33,612 nucleotides of DNA from an uncultured bacterium (GCA_964441355.1 CAYTXY010000002.1:1-33612), one strand, 5' to 3'; positions 1 to 9,410 are shown, numbered from the stretch's first letter. The notes: generated by a model not told the origin, from the sequence alone. Made by a program: numbers and translations.

Positions 1-1
1 C

Positions 2-526
2 GCTATTGGAATTGTCTTGAGCCATCTCTCAGTGCTCCAGGATGCTTACGATTCGGGATATCGGACGATTTGGGTCATGGAAGATGATGTGGAAGCGGTA
101 ACCGACCCGCGTCAAATCCCCGAGCTGATCCGCAATCTTGACGCTCTCGATCCCGATTGGGATATCCTTTTCACCGATCTCGATACGAAAGATGCGAACG
201 GCAAACGGGTACCCTGCCGCGCTTTGGCCGCGAGACCCAATTTTTGCAAGGAAACAATTGATGATTTTCTCCAACGATTCTATCCTGTCAATGCAGATTT
301 TTCTAGAATCGGCATGCGTTACGGAGCTTACTCCATGATCCTTCGTCGCTCAGCGATGGAAAAAATTTTGAATTACTTCAAATCATACGGAATTTTTCTC
401 CCCTATGATATGGATTTTTGGCTAGTGCCCGGAATCAAAATGTACACCGTGAATAGGGACATCGTATCGCATGCTGCTGGGTCTCTGTCTGACAATAGTC
501 TTCCACGTTATAAGAACAAAAATTGA
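2..526 (+). CDS. Glycosyltransferase family 25 (LPS/LOS-type beta-glycosyltransferase), C-terminal part; 5' end lies outside the window
   Basis: The frame is open to the window edge (AIGIVLSHLSVLQDAYDSGYRTIWVMEDD...). It is collinear with the C-terminal two thirds of the full-length paralogs at 11612-12532 and 14715-15641. Stop TGA at 524-526. Confidence 0.85.
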   Translation, partial: AIGIVLSHLSVLQDAYDSGYRTIWVMEDDVEAVTDPRQIPELIRNLDALDPDWDILFTDLDTKDANGKRVPCRALAARPNFCKETIDDFLQRFYPVNADFSRIGMRYGAYSMILRRSAMEKILNYFKSYGIFLPYDMDFWLVPGIKMYTVNRDIVSHAAGSLSDNSLPRYKNKN

Positions 527-1488
527 TGATCAAAAAGTTTCTTTTTTTCTGTTTAATATTCAAACTCTCTGCCTCTTTCCAGGATGCCGAGTTCGATCTG
601 GTTTGCTCATTGATTGGCAACATTAACTGCCCGTGTTTTGAAGAGTATCGGCTGATAGAAAATTACTTAAATAATGGCGATAGATCCTACTTGGATGTAT
701 TGCGAAGGTCCGATCAAGTCGAAACCTACCAAGGCAGACTGAAATGCATCTCAAATTTCAGGCTTGTGAGTCCAGGCGATCAGCCTCCCCTATTCGAACA
801 TCGCATTGTCAACGAGGGCAGAACGAACCGCTGCATTCTTTTATACGCCTCGTCGAACGGCATCTATCCTGATAAAGCGAGAAAACTGCTGCGCGAAATT
901 GAAAATTCTGGTTATAGCGGCCATCTGCTTCTTCGAATTGGAGGATTTCCGAATGTTGCGAACGGAGGGCTGAAAATTTGCGATGTGCCCTATGCGTTCA
1001 AGGTCGCATTTCTTCAGGAGGCGAAACTCCTTGGTTTCAAGAAAATTCTCTGGATAGATTTGGCGATCCATCCTCTGGACGGCTTTGAAGCTCTTTTTTA
1101 GGAAATCGATAAAAAAGGTACCTTTTTTACCACGGTCGGAATGCTTGCGGATAACGGCGCCTCCCATCTTCCGCAAGCTGCGACAGCGCTCGGTATCTCT
1201 CCCGATCTCTACGATCGAATCCCTCATATTTCTTCTTCGATGATCGGGCTGAATATGGAAAACGAGAAGGCCTCTTTGCTTTTGGAGAGTTGGTATCGGG
1301 AGACGGGAAAAGGGTACCCCTGTCTGACTTGGTGGCCTGAGGAGCTCAGTCTTTCCGCCATCGCTTGGCAATTGGGATGCCCTCCCACTCTGCCTTTCGG
1401 GGATTTTGTTTGCATGGAAAGCGAGCAATTTCAATTGGAAACCCGGCCTAAAGTTGCATTTTATTTAGATGCCCAAAGGGGAGAGTGA
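526..1488 (+). pseudogene. GT-A-like nucleotide-sugar transferase-like gene interrupted by one in-frame TAG (1099-1101)
   Basis: ORFs 523-1101 and 1141-1488 are in the same frame and separated only by TAG 1099-1101. Read-through gives a continuous ...GFEALF*EIDKKGTFFTTVGMLADNG.... ATG 526 overlaps the upstream TGA (TGATG). The N-terminus MIKKFLFFCLIFKLSASF is hydrophobic. The YAFKVAFLQEAKLLGFKKILWIDLA motif is GT-A-like, which is a weak family call. Confidence 0.5.
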
Positions 1489-1490
1489 GT

Positions 1491-2405
1491 ATGGCATGGA
1501 TCGTTGCGGCAATTGTACGCCTTTGCGCGGCCTTCACGGCTGATGCAAATCACCCGTGCTATCAATTGGCAATCGGGGCGATTTTTCAAAATGAAGAACC
1601 CTATTTGAAAGAGTGGATCGAATTCCATAAGCTAGTCGGCGTCCAGCACTTCTACCTTTATAACAACTGCAGCACGGATGGTTACCAATCCGTCTTGCAG
1701 CCGTATATCGAAGCGGGAGAGGTTGAGCTTTTCAATTGGCCGATTCAGGCGATGTCTTGGAACGAGTGGATTCACGAAGTTCAACCCGCGGCCTATACGA
1801 ATTGCATCAAACGCGCAAACGGAAAAGTGAAATGGCTCGCGCTGATCGATATCGACGAGTTCTTGACCCCAATCAGCGCCGCTTCGATCCCCGAGATTTT
1901 GGGGGATTATGAAGACTGCGCGGGCGTATGCTTCAATTGGAAGACATTCGGGCATTCCGGGCTTTTTGATCCCCCTGAAGACAAGCTTATGATCGAAACT
2001 CTTACCAATGCGGCCCCGGAGACCCGACCGACTAATTTGGGAGTTAAATCAATCATACGACCCGAACTTGTAGAAGCTTGCAAACATCCTCATTATGTCA
2101 CTTATAAAGAGGGATATTACCACGTAAATTCGGATAAGGAGCGGGATATCGATGCCAATGGTGCGACTGCTCGGGTCCATTACGACCGGCTCATCGTGAA
2201 CCATTATTGGAGCAGGACGGGAAGCTATCTTTACAAAAAACTCCAGCGGTATCGCGCCTGGTTTCCTGAAATTGTGCCTGAGAAATGGATCGAATACGTT
2301 CAGGGGATGAACGAAGTCGCCGACAGGAGCATGGAGCCCTTCATCGATCCGCTTCGAGAAAAAATGGGGCTAGCTCCTCGCAGCAAAGAAGTGTCCGAAT
2401 GGTGA
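1491..2405 (+). CDS. Glycosyltransferase family 92 (DUF23-type)
   Basis: FQNEEPYLKEWIEFHKLVGVQHFYLYNNCSTDG and WLALIDIDEFL motifs. ATG 1491 is preceded by GGGGAGAG (1477-1484). Hydrophobic N-terminus MAWIVAAIVRLCAAFTADA. Confidence 0.85.
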   Translation: MAWIVAAIVRLCAAFTADANHPCYQLAIGAIFQNEEPYLKEWIEFHKLVGVQHFYLYNNCSTDGYQSVLQPYIEAGEVELFNWPIQAMSWNEWIHEVQPAAYTNCIKRANGKVKWLALIDIDEFLTPISAASIPEILGDYEDCAGVCFNWKTFGHSGLFDPPEDKLMIETLTNAAPETRPTNLGVKSIIRPELVEACKHPHYVTYKEGYYHVNSDKERDIDANGATARVHYDRLIVNHYWSRTGSYLYKKLQRYRAWFPEIVPEKWIEYVQGMNEVADRSMEPFIDPLREKMGLAPRSKEVSEW

Positions 2406-3046
2406 TGGGGACTCTTCTTTTTTTATCCATTTGTTTGGGTGTACAGCAACGATCCAATTTAGACGATTTCTTGAAGCAGCGTGGCTACCATTTAACTCCG
2501 GCGGGAACCGCTGTTTACGAAGGATATGTTACGCCAGAACAGAGGGACGCCTTTATCGCGGAGCTGAGACGGCATCCAGAGATTCGGAAAATCGCCGAAG
2601 TGGGATTCAACGCCGGGCATACTTCTGAGATGTTTTTGGAATATGCAAAAGAAAGCAAGGTCGTCTCTTTCGATATCAACGCGCATCAATATACGAATGC
2701 GGGAGTGGAATATATAAGCGCTCAATACAAGGATCGTTTCTCCTTCGTCGAAGGAGATTCCCGGATTGCTGTCGTAGACTATTTTAAGGCTCATCCCGAG
2801 GAAAAATTCGATCTGATTTATATCGATGGCTGCCATCTATTTGGGGCTTGCCTTGACGACATTTTCAATTTCAAGCGGCTTGCCCATAAAAATTCCATTT
2901 TATGGGTGGACGATGTCAACTGTCTCGATGTGAAAAGAGCCGTTGAGTTCGCGAGAAAGCTCCGCATCATTACGGTCGTCAAGTCAGCAAGGTCGCAAGA
3001 TGATATCGGAATCAGGGAATGGGTCGAAGCGCGCTATATTTTTTAA
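2399..3046 (+). CDS. Class I SAM-dependent methyltransferase (Methyltransf_24-like)
   Basis: EVGFNAGHTSEMFL (motif I-like) and LIYIDGCH followed by ILWVDD. The chosen ATG (2399, MVMGTLLFLSICLGV) overlaps the upstream stop by 7 nt. The longer ORF from 2285 would overlap the upstream gene by 120 nt. Confidence 0.75.
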   Translation: MVMGTLLFLSICLGVQQRSNLDDFLKQRGYHLTPAGTAVYEGYVTPEQRDAFIAELRRHPEIRKIAEVGFNAGHTSEMFLEYAKESKVVSFDINAHQYTNAGVEYISAQYKDRFSFVEGDSRIAVVDYFKAHPEEKFDLIYIDGCHLFGACLDDIFNFKRLAHKNSILWVDDVNCLDVKRAVEFARKLRIITVVKSARSQDDIGIREWVEARYIF

Positions 3047-3954
3047 TGTACTTGAGCCCATTCGCTTTAGGGGCCATTTTCCCGATCCAATTCTCTATCC
3101 CAGAGAGTAAAATCGTGCCGAAAATACTTGCAAAAACATCCGATTTCGCCTTCGTCATCCCTGGACGTCCCGAGACGTATATCTACGATGTAGAGGAAGA
3201 ATATTACAAAGGATACCAGCGGTCTTATTTCGCTATCACCACAAAAAGAGGTGGATGGGATTGCTTGCGGCACTATGAGATATTAGCGAACGGATGCATC
3301 CCTTATTTTGTGGATATAGATCAATGTGATGAAATGACGATCCCTTTTCTTCCAAAAAAGCTGATTTGGGAGGCGATGCATTTGGAAGGAGTTTTCTACA
3401 ACCACATCGACCATGAGAAATTCGATGAGAAGAGATATTATGAAATCTTAGAGCGCTTGCTTAATCATACTCGGAAATATTTAACAACGCGAAACATGGG
3501 GGCATACATTCTGAAAACAGCAAACTATTCGGGTGTTGGCCAAATCCTCTACTTGAGTAACGATCCTTCTCCCGACTATCTTAGGTGCTTGAGCTTAATT
3601 GGATTGAAAGAGGCGCTTGGAGAGAGAGTCATCGATATTCCTAAAATCAGCCATATCTATCAGACATTCCGTAGCGATAAGCCTCTATATGGCAAAGGTT
3701 TTACTTTTACCAAGATTATAGACGACCCCGTAATCGACAGAGACAATATTGAAGAAAGAATTCGAAAAAAAGAATTCGAACTCGTTATTTACGGCTCAGT
3801 TCATAGAGGGCTTCTCTTCCACGATCTGATTTGCCAAACCTATCCGCCGGAAAAGATCGTATATCTATGCGGAGAGGATCTTCATACATGCGAATACTCG
3901 GCGCTTATCCACTCATCTCCCTTTTTCTTAAGGGAATGCACAGGGAATTATTGA
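3019..3954 (+). CDS. Exostosin (GT47)-like glycosyltransferase-like protein
   Basis: YQRSYFAITTKRGGWDCLRHYEILANGCIPYF...IPFLP resembles the exostosin C-terminal S.F.L.P.G...R..EAL..GCIP motif. The start is ATG 3019 (MGRSALYFLMYLSPFALGAIFP) or ATG 3046 (TAATG overlap). Confidence 0.5.
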   Translation: MGRSALYFLMYLSPFALGAIFPIQFSIPESKIVPKILAKTSDFAFVIPGRPETYIYDVEEEYYKGYQRSYFAITTKRGGWDCLRHYEILANGCIPYFVDIDQCDEMTIPFLPKKLIWEAMHLEGVFYNHIDHEKFDEKRYYEILERLLNHTRKYLTTRNMGAYILKTANYSGVGQILYLSNDPSPDYLRCLSLIGLKEALGERVIDIPKISHIYQTFRSDKPLYGKGFTFTKIIDDPVIDRDNIEERIRKKEFELVIYGSVHRGLLFHDLICQTYPPEKIVYLCGEDLHTCEYSALIHSSPFFLRECTGNY

Positions 3955-5240
3955 TGCTAATGGGTTACATTATCCTCTTAGTCTGCATTGTAGCAACTGC
4001 GGACGAAATTCCTTTGAAAGAGACATTGGCTCAAATAAAAGAAATGATTTCGAATGAGAAAAAAGGAGCCTATCTTTCTTTTTCGGAAACTGCTGTTCGG
4101 ATAGCTTGCGGCCATAGAGACTGTATTTGGGATCAACTTGAAATGAAGCAGATGCTTTCTCTGAAAGGAGACAACATTCTCAAAAGCCGAACGCTTCCCT
4201 ATACGGCATTGAATGGACAACGGCCGGAAGAGAGATGGGCAAGAGCCCTATTTGATCAAATTGAAGATTCTTGGGATTCTTCCTATGCCGACATTCCTGC
4301 CGCTTTCCTTAGCACCGCCCATCGCAAGGAGCTAGTCCGCTTTTTGCAATACCTTCAGGCTAAAAATCTTCTAATTGTTGGAGATCTAAAGATCCCACAA
4401 CAAACGTTAGATCTTATTTTTGGCTCTGATTCCCGCTACATGATGACCGAAAAAGCCGATGACTTAAAACTAGCAAAGTATACGGTGATCATCTTGGCTG
4501 CGGCCCCCGACGAAAAGGCGCTTGTCATGAAGTGGCTTGAGGATAATGCGGTTTTCATCCTAGATTTTAGCGGCTTGAGAGACGCTTTGGTAGAGTGGAG
4601 CGCGGAAACCTGGGAAAAATGGATCCAAAAGAGCGATCCAATTAAGATTTTGTATACCTCCGCTCTGATTCCCAATAAATTCGAAGAACGGAAAGGAGAA
4701 TATATCAAGTGTCTTGAAATTCTTAAAAATTATGGATATCTAGACAAAACTTACATCGTCGAATCTGGCCCTTATACTCCGCTTTCTTTTTTCGATGAAT
4801 ATTCTGATCATGTTTTCTACGCCAATACGAATGACACGACATTCGTCAATAAAGGAGTCAACGAGGCCAAGGCTTCTTTGGCAGCCTTTGATTATTTCCA
4901 GTTCAATGAGGAAGATATGATCGTCAAGCTCACCGGCCGTTATTTCTTCAACAACGATCGATTCCTTCGCTTCGTCGCCTCTCACCCAGAAGTAGATGGG
5001 TTTGCCAGTCCACACGTATCCTTCGGAATAACGACAGGCTGCTTTGCCATGCGCGCAAAATATTACAAGCAGATGCTTCAAGAAATGGATTGGGTGGAAA
5101 TGGAAAAGAACGCGAAAGATATTGAAAGAATAACGTCGAAGTTTCTCCAGAAAATTGCCTCCCTTGGGGCAAAAGTGATCTATTTGAACAAGGTTGACAT
5201 CACTGCAAACGTAGCAAACGCGGTCGTAGAACAATGGTAA
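3954..5240 (+). CDS. Hypothetical exported or membrane-anchored protein (428 aa), island member
   Basis: Long ORF. ATG 3954 overlaps the upstream TGA (TGATG); alternative ATG at 3936. Hydrophobic N-terminus MLMGYIILLVCIVATADE. No family recognised by eye. Confidence 0.6.
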   Translation: MLMGYIILLVCIVATADEIPLKETLAQIKEMISNEKKGAYLSFSETAVRIACGHRDCIWDQLEMKQMLSLKGDNILKSRTLPYTALNGQRPEERWARALFDQIEDSWDSSYADIPAAFLSTAHRKELVRFLQYLQAKNLLIVGDLKIPQQTLDLIFGSDSRYMMTEKADDLKLAKYTVIILAAAPDEKALVMKWLEDNAVFILDFSGLRDALVEWSAETWEKWIQKSDPIKILYTSALIPNKFEERKGEYIKCLEILKNYGYLDKTYIVESGPYTPLSFFDEYSDHVFYANTNDTTFVNKGVNEAKASLAAFDYFQFNEEDMIVKLTGRYFFNNDRFLRFVASHPEVDGFASPHVSFGITTGCFAMRAKYYKQMLQEMDWVEMEKNAKDIERITSKFLQKIASLGAKVIYLNKVDITANVANAVVEQW

Positions 5241-5905
5241 GAAGCTATCGATGCTTTATTCTTTTCATCACGATTGCAAATATTTGGGCGGCTCCCACAC
5301 CAGAGCTTTTTCGAGAATACGAGATGCATTGCATGACGCCTTCCGATATCAACGAGCATGTTCCACTTTTAAGGCTGCTCGCTAAGGAGTGTGCATCGGT
5401 TGTTGAGATCGGAGTGAATGAGATTGTCTCGACATGGGGCCTTCTCCAAGGCCTGTCTGAGAGCAAGAGCGATCATCTCATTTATACTGGAATCGATTTG
5501 AAATATCCACATTTCCATAAGTTGTTTTTGGCTGCGGAGATTGCTGAATCGGCAGGAGTTTTTTTTCAATTTATTCAAGGGAATGAATTCGATCTCGATA
5601 TCGAATCGACCGATCTTCTCTTCATTGATTCCTGGCACACCTATTGCCATTTGACTTATGAACTGGAAAAATTCGCTCCAAAAGTGGAAAGGTATATCGC
5701 CTTGCATGACACGAGCGAACCATGGGGAGATCAAGATGAGCCGTGCTATCAGCCGACAGTGCCCGGTTACCCCTCCCATATTGATCGATTCAAACGGGGG
5801 CTGTGGCCCGCAGTGACAGACTTTTTGAAAACACATCCTGAGTGGCGCTTAAAAGAGCGTCGGCTGAACAATCACGGGTTCACTGTGCTCGAGAGAATCC
5901 GTTAA
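5234..5905 (+). CDS. Class I SAM-dependent methyltransferase-like protein
   Basis: VVEIGVNEIVSTWG, LLFIDSWHTY and ALHD motifs. The ATG overlaps the upstream stop (ATGGTAA). N-terminus MVRSYRCFILFITIANIWAAP. Confidence 0.65.
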   Translation: MVRSYRCFILFITIANIWAAPTPELFREYEMHCMTPSDINEHVPLLRLLAKECASVVEIGVNEIVSTWGLLQGLSESKSDHLIYTGIDLKYPHFHKLFLAAEIAESAGVFFQFIQGNEFDLDIESTDLLFIDSWHTYCHLTYELEKFAPKVERYIALHDTSEPWGDQDEPCYQPTVPGYPSHIDRFKRGLWPAVTDFLKTHPEWRLKERRLNNHGFTVLERIR

Positions 5906-5944
5906 CAGTTTCAAGCCGTGTGCAGTATAGACCTATTATTCAGG

Positions 5945-6637
5945 TTAATATGGCTGTAAGACCCAAAAACCATGCACATCTCCAGCCCCGCCTTCGACTC
6001 GAACTCTTAATCCTGATTTTCTAATGGCCAGGGAGACCCCTTCTCTAACCGAAGGAGCATGCCAATCATCTCCGCACAAAATACCATCAGAATTAAGATG
6101 CGGCAGCCAAGCAAGGACATCCGCGCAAACGCTGTCTGCATCGTGAGCAGCATCTATATAAATAAGATCAGCTAAAACATTCAATGCTTTTGAAGCTTCT
6201 GTTGAATTCATTCTAATGGGGATGATTTTATTTGTTAAACCAGCGTGAATAGTATTAGACAAAAATTGCTGGAATAAATATGGCAGAAAAGGAAAATCGA
6301 CTTGGCTGTGTTCAATTGAACCGTTCCAGGTATCGACAGCATAGAGTTTTCCATCATCTGGTTGCAGTTGAGCCATAAAACGAGCAGAACTTCCTATCCA
6401 AGTCCCCACTTCAATGATGACATTACATTTTTTTTTGCTTAGAATTTGAAGTAAAGGATCTTGATTTGCAAAAAAACCCTGGTCATTAAATGGTAAAATA
6501 CTTGTCGAAGCATATGGTTCAGGCATAGGACTTCCTAATGATATAGAAGAAATAAATATGAACAATAAATTCACATATTTTGTTTGAAAAATATTCACAA
6601 AAAGACTCCCTATGGTTGGTGAGAGCGTGTTGCACAA
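5945..6637 (-). CDS. Class I SAM-dependent methyltransferase (Methyltransf_24-like)
   Basis: IIEVGTWIGSSARFMA, LIYIDAAHD and GILCGDDW motifs. The start of the tracked ORF (6637) is TTG. An in-frame GTG at 6574 would give (M)NLLFIFISSISLGSP, so the start is uncertain. Confidence 0.75.
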   Translation of the reverse strand: MCNTLSPTIGSLFVNIFQTKYVNLLFIFISSISLGSPMPEPYASTSILPFNDQGFFANQDPLLQILSKKKCNVIIEVGTWIGSSARFMAQLQPDDGKLYAVDTWNGSIEHSQVDFPFLPYLFQQFLSNTIHAGLTNKIIPIRMNSTEASKALNVLADLIYIDAAHDADSVCADVLAWLPHLNSDGILCGDDWHAPSVREGVSLAIRKSGLRVRVEGGAGDVHGFWVLQPY

Positions 6638-6682
6638 GGTGAGGCATATCCACAGACTCTTCTAATGGCGAAAAGCAACCAT

Positions 6683-6757
6683 TTAACGATACAACGACTT
6701 GAACGATAGTATCTTCTATGTTGTTTTTTTCTATTGTTATATCGTTCTTGTCGTTGA
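6683..6757. promoter_or_regulatory. Inverted array of AACGAY boxes (3 + 3), candidate operator
   Basis: AACGAT 6685-6690, AACGAC 6693-6698 and AACGAT 6702-6707 face ATTGTT 6733-6738, ATCGTT 6741-6746 and GTCGTT 6750-6755, with the dyad centre near 6720. It shares the 18-mer ATTTAACGATAYAACGAY with the 17077 site. It lies in the only sizeable gap inside the minus-strand block. Confidence 0.45.
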
Positions 6758-6823
6758 TTTTGATTTGCAAGCGATGACGTCTGGGAAGGTAGGGGTTATG
6801 CAATACACTCGGTTGGTGACAAT

Positions 6824-8353
6824 CTACTGCGCTGTAACGGACCAAAAATTTCCTTTCGTTTGTATTGACCAACCTTTTTCTTTGGTTAAGCGTTCAAGCA
6901 CCTCTTTCACGTAAGTATTCTTAACCATATTGCCGCATATGACGGTCCCATAAGAGCACATTTCGTATAGATCCACCAGATCCTTTTGTAAAGAATGCCT
7001 TAAGTTATTAAAATCGCGTAACAAAGAACTTCTGTGGTATGTGAGATCAAGAAAAATCGGACAGTCAATGGAAATGCACGCCGTTTCAAACTTTATGTGC
7101 TGAGAGATGGAGCCATTCTCACCGTGTTCTTGTTGCTCGAGCAGATTCACCCTAGAGGAGTGCTTGATAAAGTACAAAAAGTCATCTGTGTAATCACCTA
7201 ACGAACTTAAGGAATTGTAGTTTAGCCACGGATCATAAAGAAAGACTTGAGAAAAACACTCTTCGGTCAGCTGCAAAGATCTTAAGGATGTGAGAAATCC
7301 TTTACAGATAAGAGGTCCCCCTAAAAAGGGTTGAAGGAGAATCCGAAGATCCTCCAAATCCTTTGAGTCAAAGAGGGTCGCTTCTAATTTTGTAAAAGTT
7401 AAATCATTGCTTTTGATTTTTTTTTGCACATCTTTGATCAGTTGATGCCAATAAGAAAACAAGGCCTTTTCGCACCTAAGGCCCTTTAACTCTCTGCTCT
7501 TTCTTTCTAAAAATTCTTCATCGATCTCTTCCCACTGATGGACAAAAATCACTGGCAAATCATCGAAAAGGGCATCGACGAAAGTATGTTCGACGATGGG
7601 AGTGCAGTTCAAAACGAGCGCTTCCCATGTCCTCACACAGTCCGTTTCCAATCCAAAGGGGGATAAAGTAAAGCGGGACGCCGCTAAGTCTTTGTAATAT
7701 TCTTTTTGGCTGAGGGAGACATAGGCCCGGTCGGAATAGTTTCTGGTAAAGCAATAGGGAGCATGCTCAAATAATCGAACGATCTGATCCCTACTCCCAT
7801 GCTTTCTGGGGGTGTGGTTCATGTACAAGAAATGTTGCTTTTCTGGGCTTTGCAAGGACATTTCAAAGAGAGTTCGCATCAAGGCTGGGGTCTCAGAGTT
7901 TTCAAAATAATAGATGGTTTGACCCATGGGAATTTGAAAAATCTTTGGGTGGTAGCTAAAAAGGATATTCTTGCAAAACCAAGCAGCGCATTTAGGATCA
8001 TAGAGCAGCTTGGAAATCTGCGCGGGATCCGGAAACCAACTGCCTACATCGCAAGTGATCAAAATATAAGGGTATTTGATCTGGTCGTGGACATATTTTT
8101 CAAACCAAGGTAAAAACCAAGCATTCAGATAAATGATATCTCCTTGCCTGACATTTTCTGGTTCAAACCACTCGGTGCTCTGATCGATCACGAAGTCGCT
8201 AATGGCACGGAAAGTAAGGTCGCTGATGAAAGGGAAATGTCCAGGGTGTCCATCAAATTTTTGACTTTTAAAATAGAAGTGTTGAGGCGGCTGTAAAGGA
8301 AGTGCGCTTAGGTAGGAAACTGAGAACAATAGAAGTATATATTTCAGCAGCAT
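6824..8353 (-). CDS. Exostosin (GT47)-like glycosyltransferase with an extra C-terminal domain (509 aa)
   Basis: LAASRFTLSPFGLETDCVRTWEALVLNCTPIVEH...LPVIFV matches the exostosin signature. The C-terminal part (CPIFLDLTYH...GTVICGNM) faintly resembles the D.IxxDxxH / G.IxxDD motifs of the neighbouring methyltransferases. ATG 8353; N-terminus MLLKYILLLFSVSYLSALP. Confidence 0.65.
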   Translation of the reverse strand: MLLKYILLLFSVSYLSALPLQPPQHFYFKSQKFDGHPGHFPFISDLTFRAISDFVIDQSTEWFEPENVRQGDIIYLNAWFLPWFEKYVHDQIKYPYILITCDVGSWFPDPAQISKLLYDPKCAAWFCKNILFSYHPKIFQIPMGQTIYYFENSETPALMRTLFEMSLQSPEKQHFLYMNHTPRKHGSRDQIVRLFEHAPYCFTRNYSDRAYVSLSQKEYYKDLAASRFTLSPFGLETDCVRTWEALVLNCTPIVEHTFVDALFDDLPVIFVHQWEEIDEEFLERKSRELKGLRCEKALFSYWHQLIKDVQKKIKSNDLTFTKLEATLFDSKDLEDLRILLQPFLGGPLICKGFLTSLRSLQLTEECFSQVFLYDPWLNYNSLSSLGDYTDDFLYFIKHSSRVNLLEQQEHGENGSISQHIKFETACISIDCPIFLDLTYHRSSLLRDFNNLRHSLQKDLVDLYEMCSYGTVICGNMVKNTYVKEVLERLTKEKGWSIQTKGNFWSVTAQ

Positions 8354-8360
8354 GGCAGGG

Positions 8361-9410
8361 TCATTTGGAAACAGGTTTTAAAGCCTTATTCAGTTCCTCT
8401 TTGTCAATCGTTGCGATCCAAATTTCACAATCGTCTTTGCCATAGGCGACATAGATGTAAGGATCGCTGACTACAAACCCACCAGGAAAAATCACTCTTT
8501 TGTCACAGGAGGATTGAGTATAAAACCCGTCAGCTACGATCGGAATCGGAGTGTACCGAGTGATGGCAAAAGGGGGATTTGGGGAGAAAGTAAAGGCCCC
8601 CATAAAGTAGTGCCAGAGGTCCCACCCATAGGAAGCAAAGGAAGAGAGAATTGTCCCTGAATGGAAAAAGGAGAGGAATTCTCCGTCGACGAGCTGGGGC
8701 GGCGAGCTCTCTCTTAAAGGGCCGAGCTCCCACTCAATGGAAGCCAAGGTCTCATAGCAACGGTAGCAAGCTCCGTCGCTGAGGTTGGTATAGAGGATTT
8801 CGTGAGGATTGACCGTATAGCTGATGAGGAGTTTTTTGTCCCATTCGAAAGGGGCCCAGTTTTTAGTCCAAAGATAATGGAATTTTTCTTGGTGAAGAAG
8901 TCTTAGGGGAGCCGATGTCGAGTATCGATTTTGATTTGCGAAGAGCTCCACGATATGCATATCTCTTCGATCCAAGTAGGTCGTATTGTTTACTTCCATA
9001 TTGTCATTGTAGATCAGGAAGGTTCTGCCTCGATAAGAAAAAAGCCTTGCGTCTTCGGACTGGGATTGAGTTTTACTGTTTTTGGCCCGAGTGCTGATGA
9101 GCTGCGGCTTTGAGATGGGCTCGAAGGATTCATCTAGAAGGACAATCCCGATGTAGCTTAGCCCGGGAATCGAATATCGGTCGGGGCAGTAACGGAAGCA
9201 CATCAAAATCCCACCGTCGACTTTCAAAATCGAAGGGTTGAACGAGTCGGGATAATCTTTGAAATCGATCCTCTTCGTCCTTACGACGATTTTTTGGCGG
9301 AAAGCTATCTCTTCGAAGTCCTCTCTGATAGAGGCAAAACACCCTAGAGAAAGGATCAATGAGATAAAGAATAAAGATAGGAGTGGATCGTGTTTAAATC
9401 GACGGTGCAT
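8361..9410 (-). CDS. Exported glycan-processing-like protein, beta-propeller-type glycosidase/phosphorylase-like (349 aa)
   Basis: Shares the NPSI.., EDARLF (EDPRIF) and KNWAPF (KNWLPF) motifs and their order with the C-terminal 330 aa of the upstream gene. ATG 9410 gives MHRRFKHDPLLSLFFISLILSLGCFAS. It overlaps the upstream gene by 55 nt. The biochemical family is not certain. Confidence 0.6.
   Translation of the reverse strand: MHRRFKHDPLLSLFFISLILSLGCFASIREDFEEIAFRQKIVVRTKRIDFKDYPDSFNPSILKVDGGILMCFRYCPDRYSIPGLSYIGIVLLDESFEPISKPQLISTRAKNSKTQSQSEDARLFSYRGRTFLIYNDNMEVNNTTYLDRRDMHIVELFANQNRYSTSAPLRLLHQEKFHYLWTKNWAPFEWDKKLLISYTVNPHEILYTNLSDGACYRCYETLASIEWELGPLRESSPPQLVDGEFLSFFHSGTILSSFASYGWDLWHYFMGAFTFSPNPPFAITRYTPIPIVADGFYTQSSCDKRVIFPGGFVVSDPYIYVAYGKDDCEIWIATIDKEELNKALKPVSK

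Noticed and set aside
1099-1101. The in-frame TAG read as pyrrolysine or programmed read-through
   Set aside because: No pyl genes or recoding signals are visible, and the lineage is not known for amber reassignment. A nonsense mutation or sequencing error is more parsimonious, so read-through is only mentioned as a remote option.
5906-5944. An expected terminator between the convergent island blocks
   Set aside because: The 39-nt gap contains no convincing GC-rich stem followed by a T-run, so no terminator is called.
6519-6872. A 117-aa minus-strand ORF spanning the gap between two island genes
   Set aside because: It overlaps both neighbouring genes, has no recognisable motif and covers the AACGAY-box inverted array. 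The region is more plausibly regulatory.
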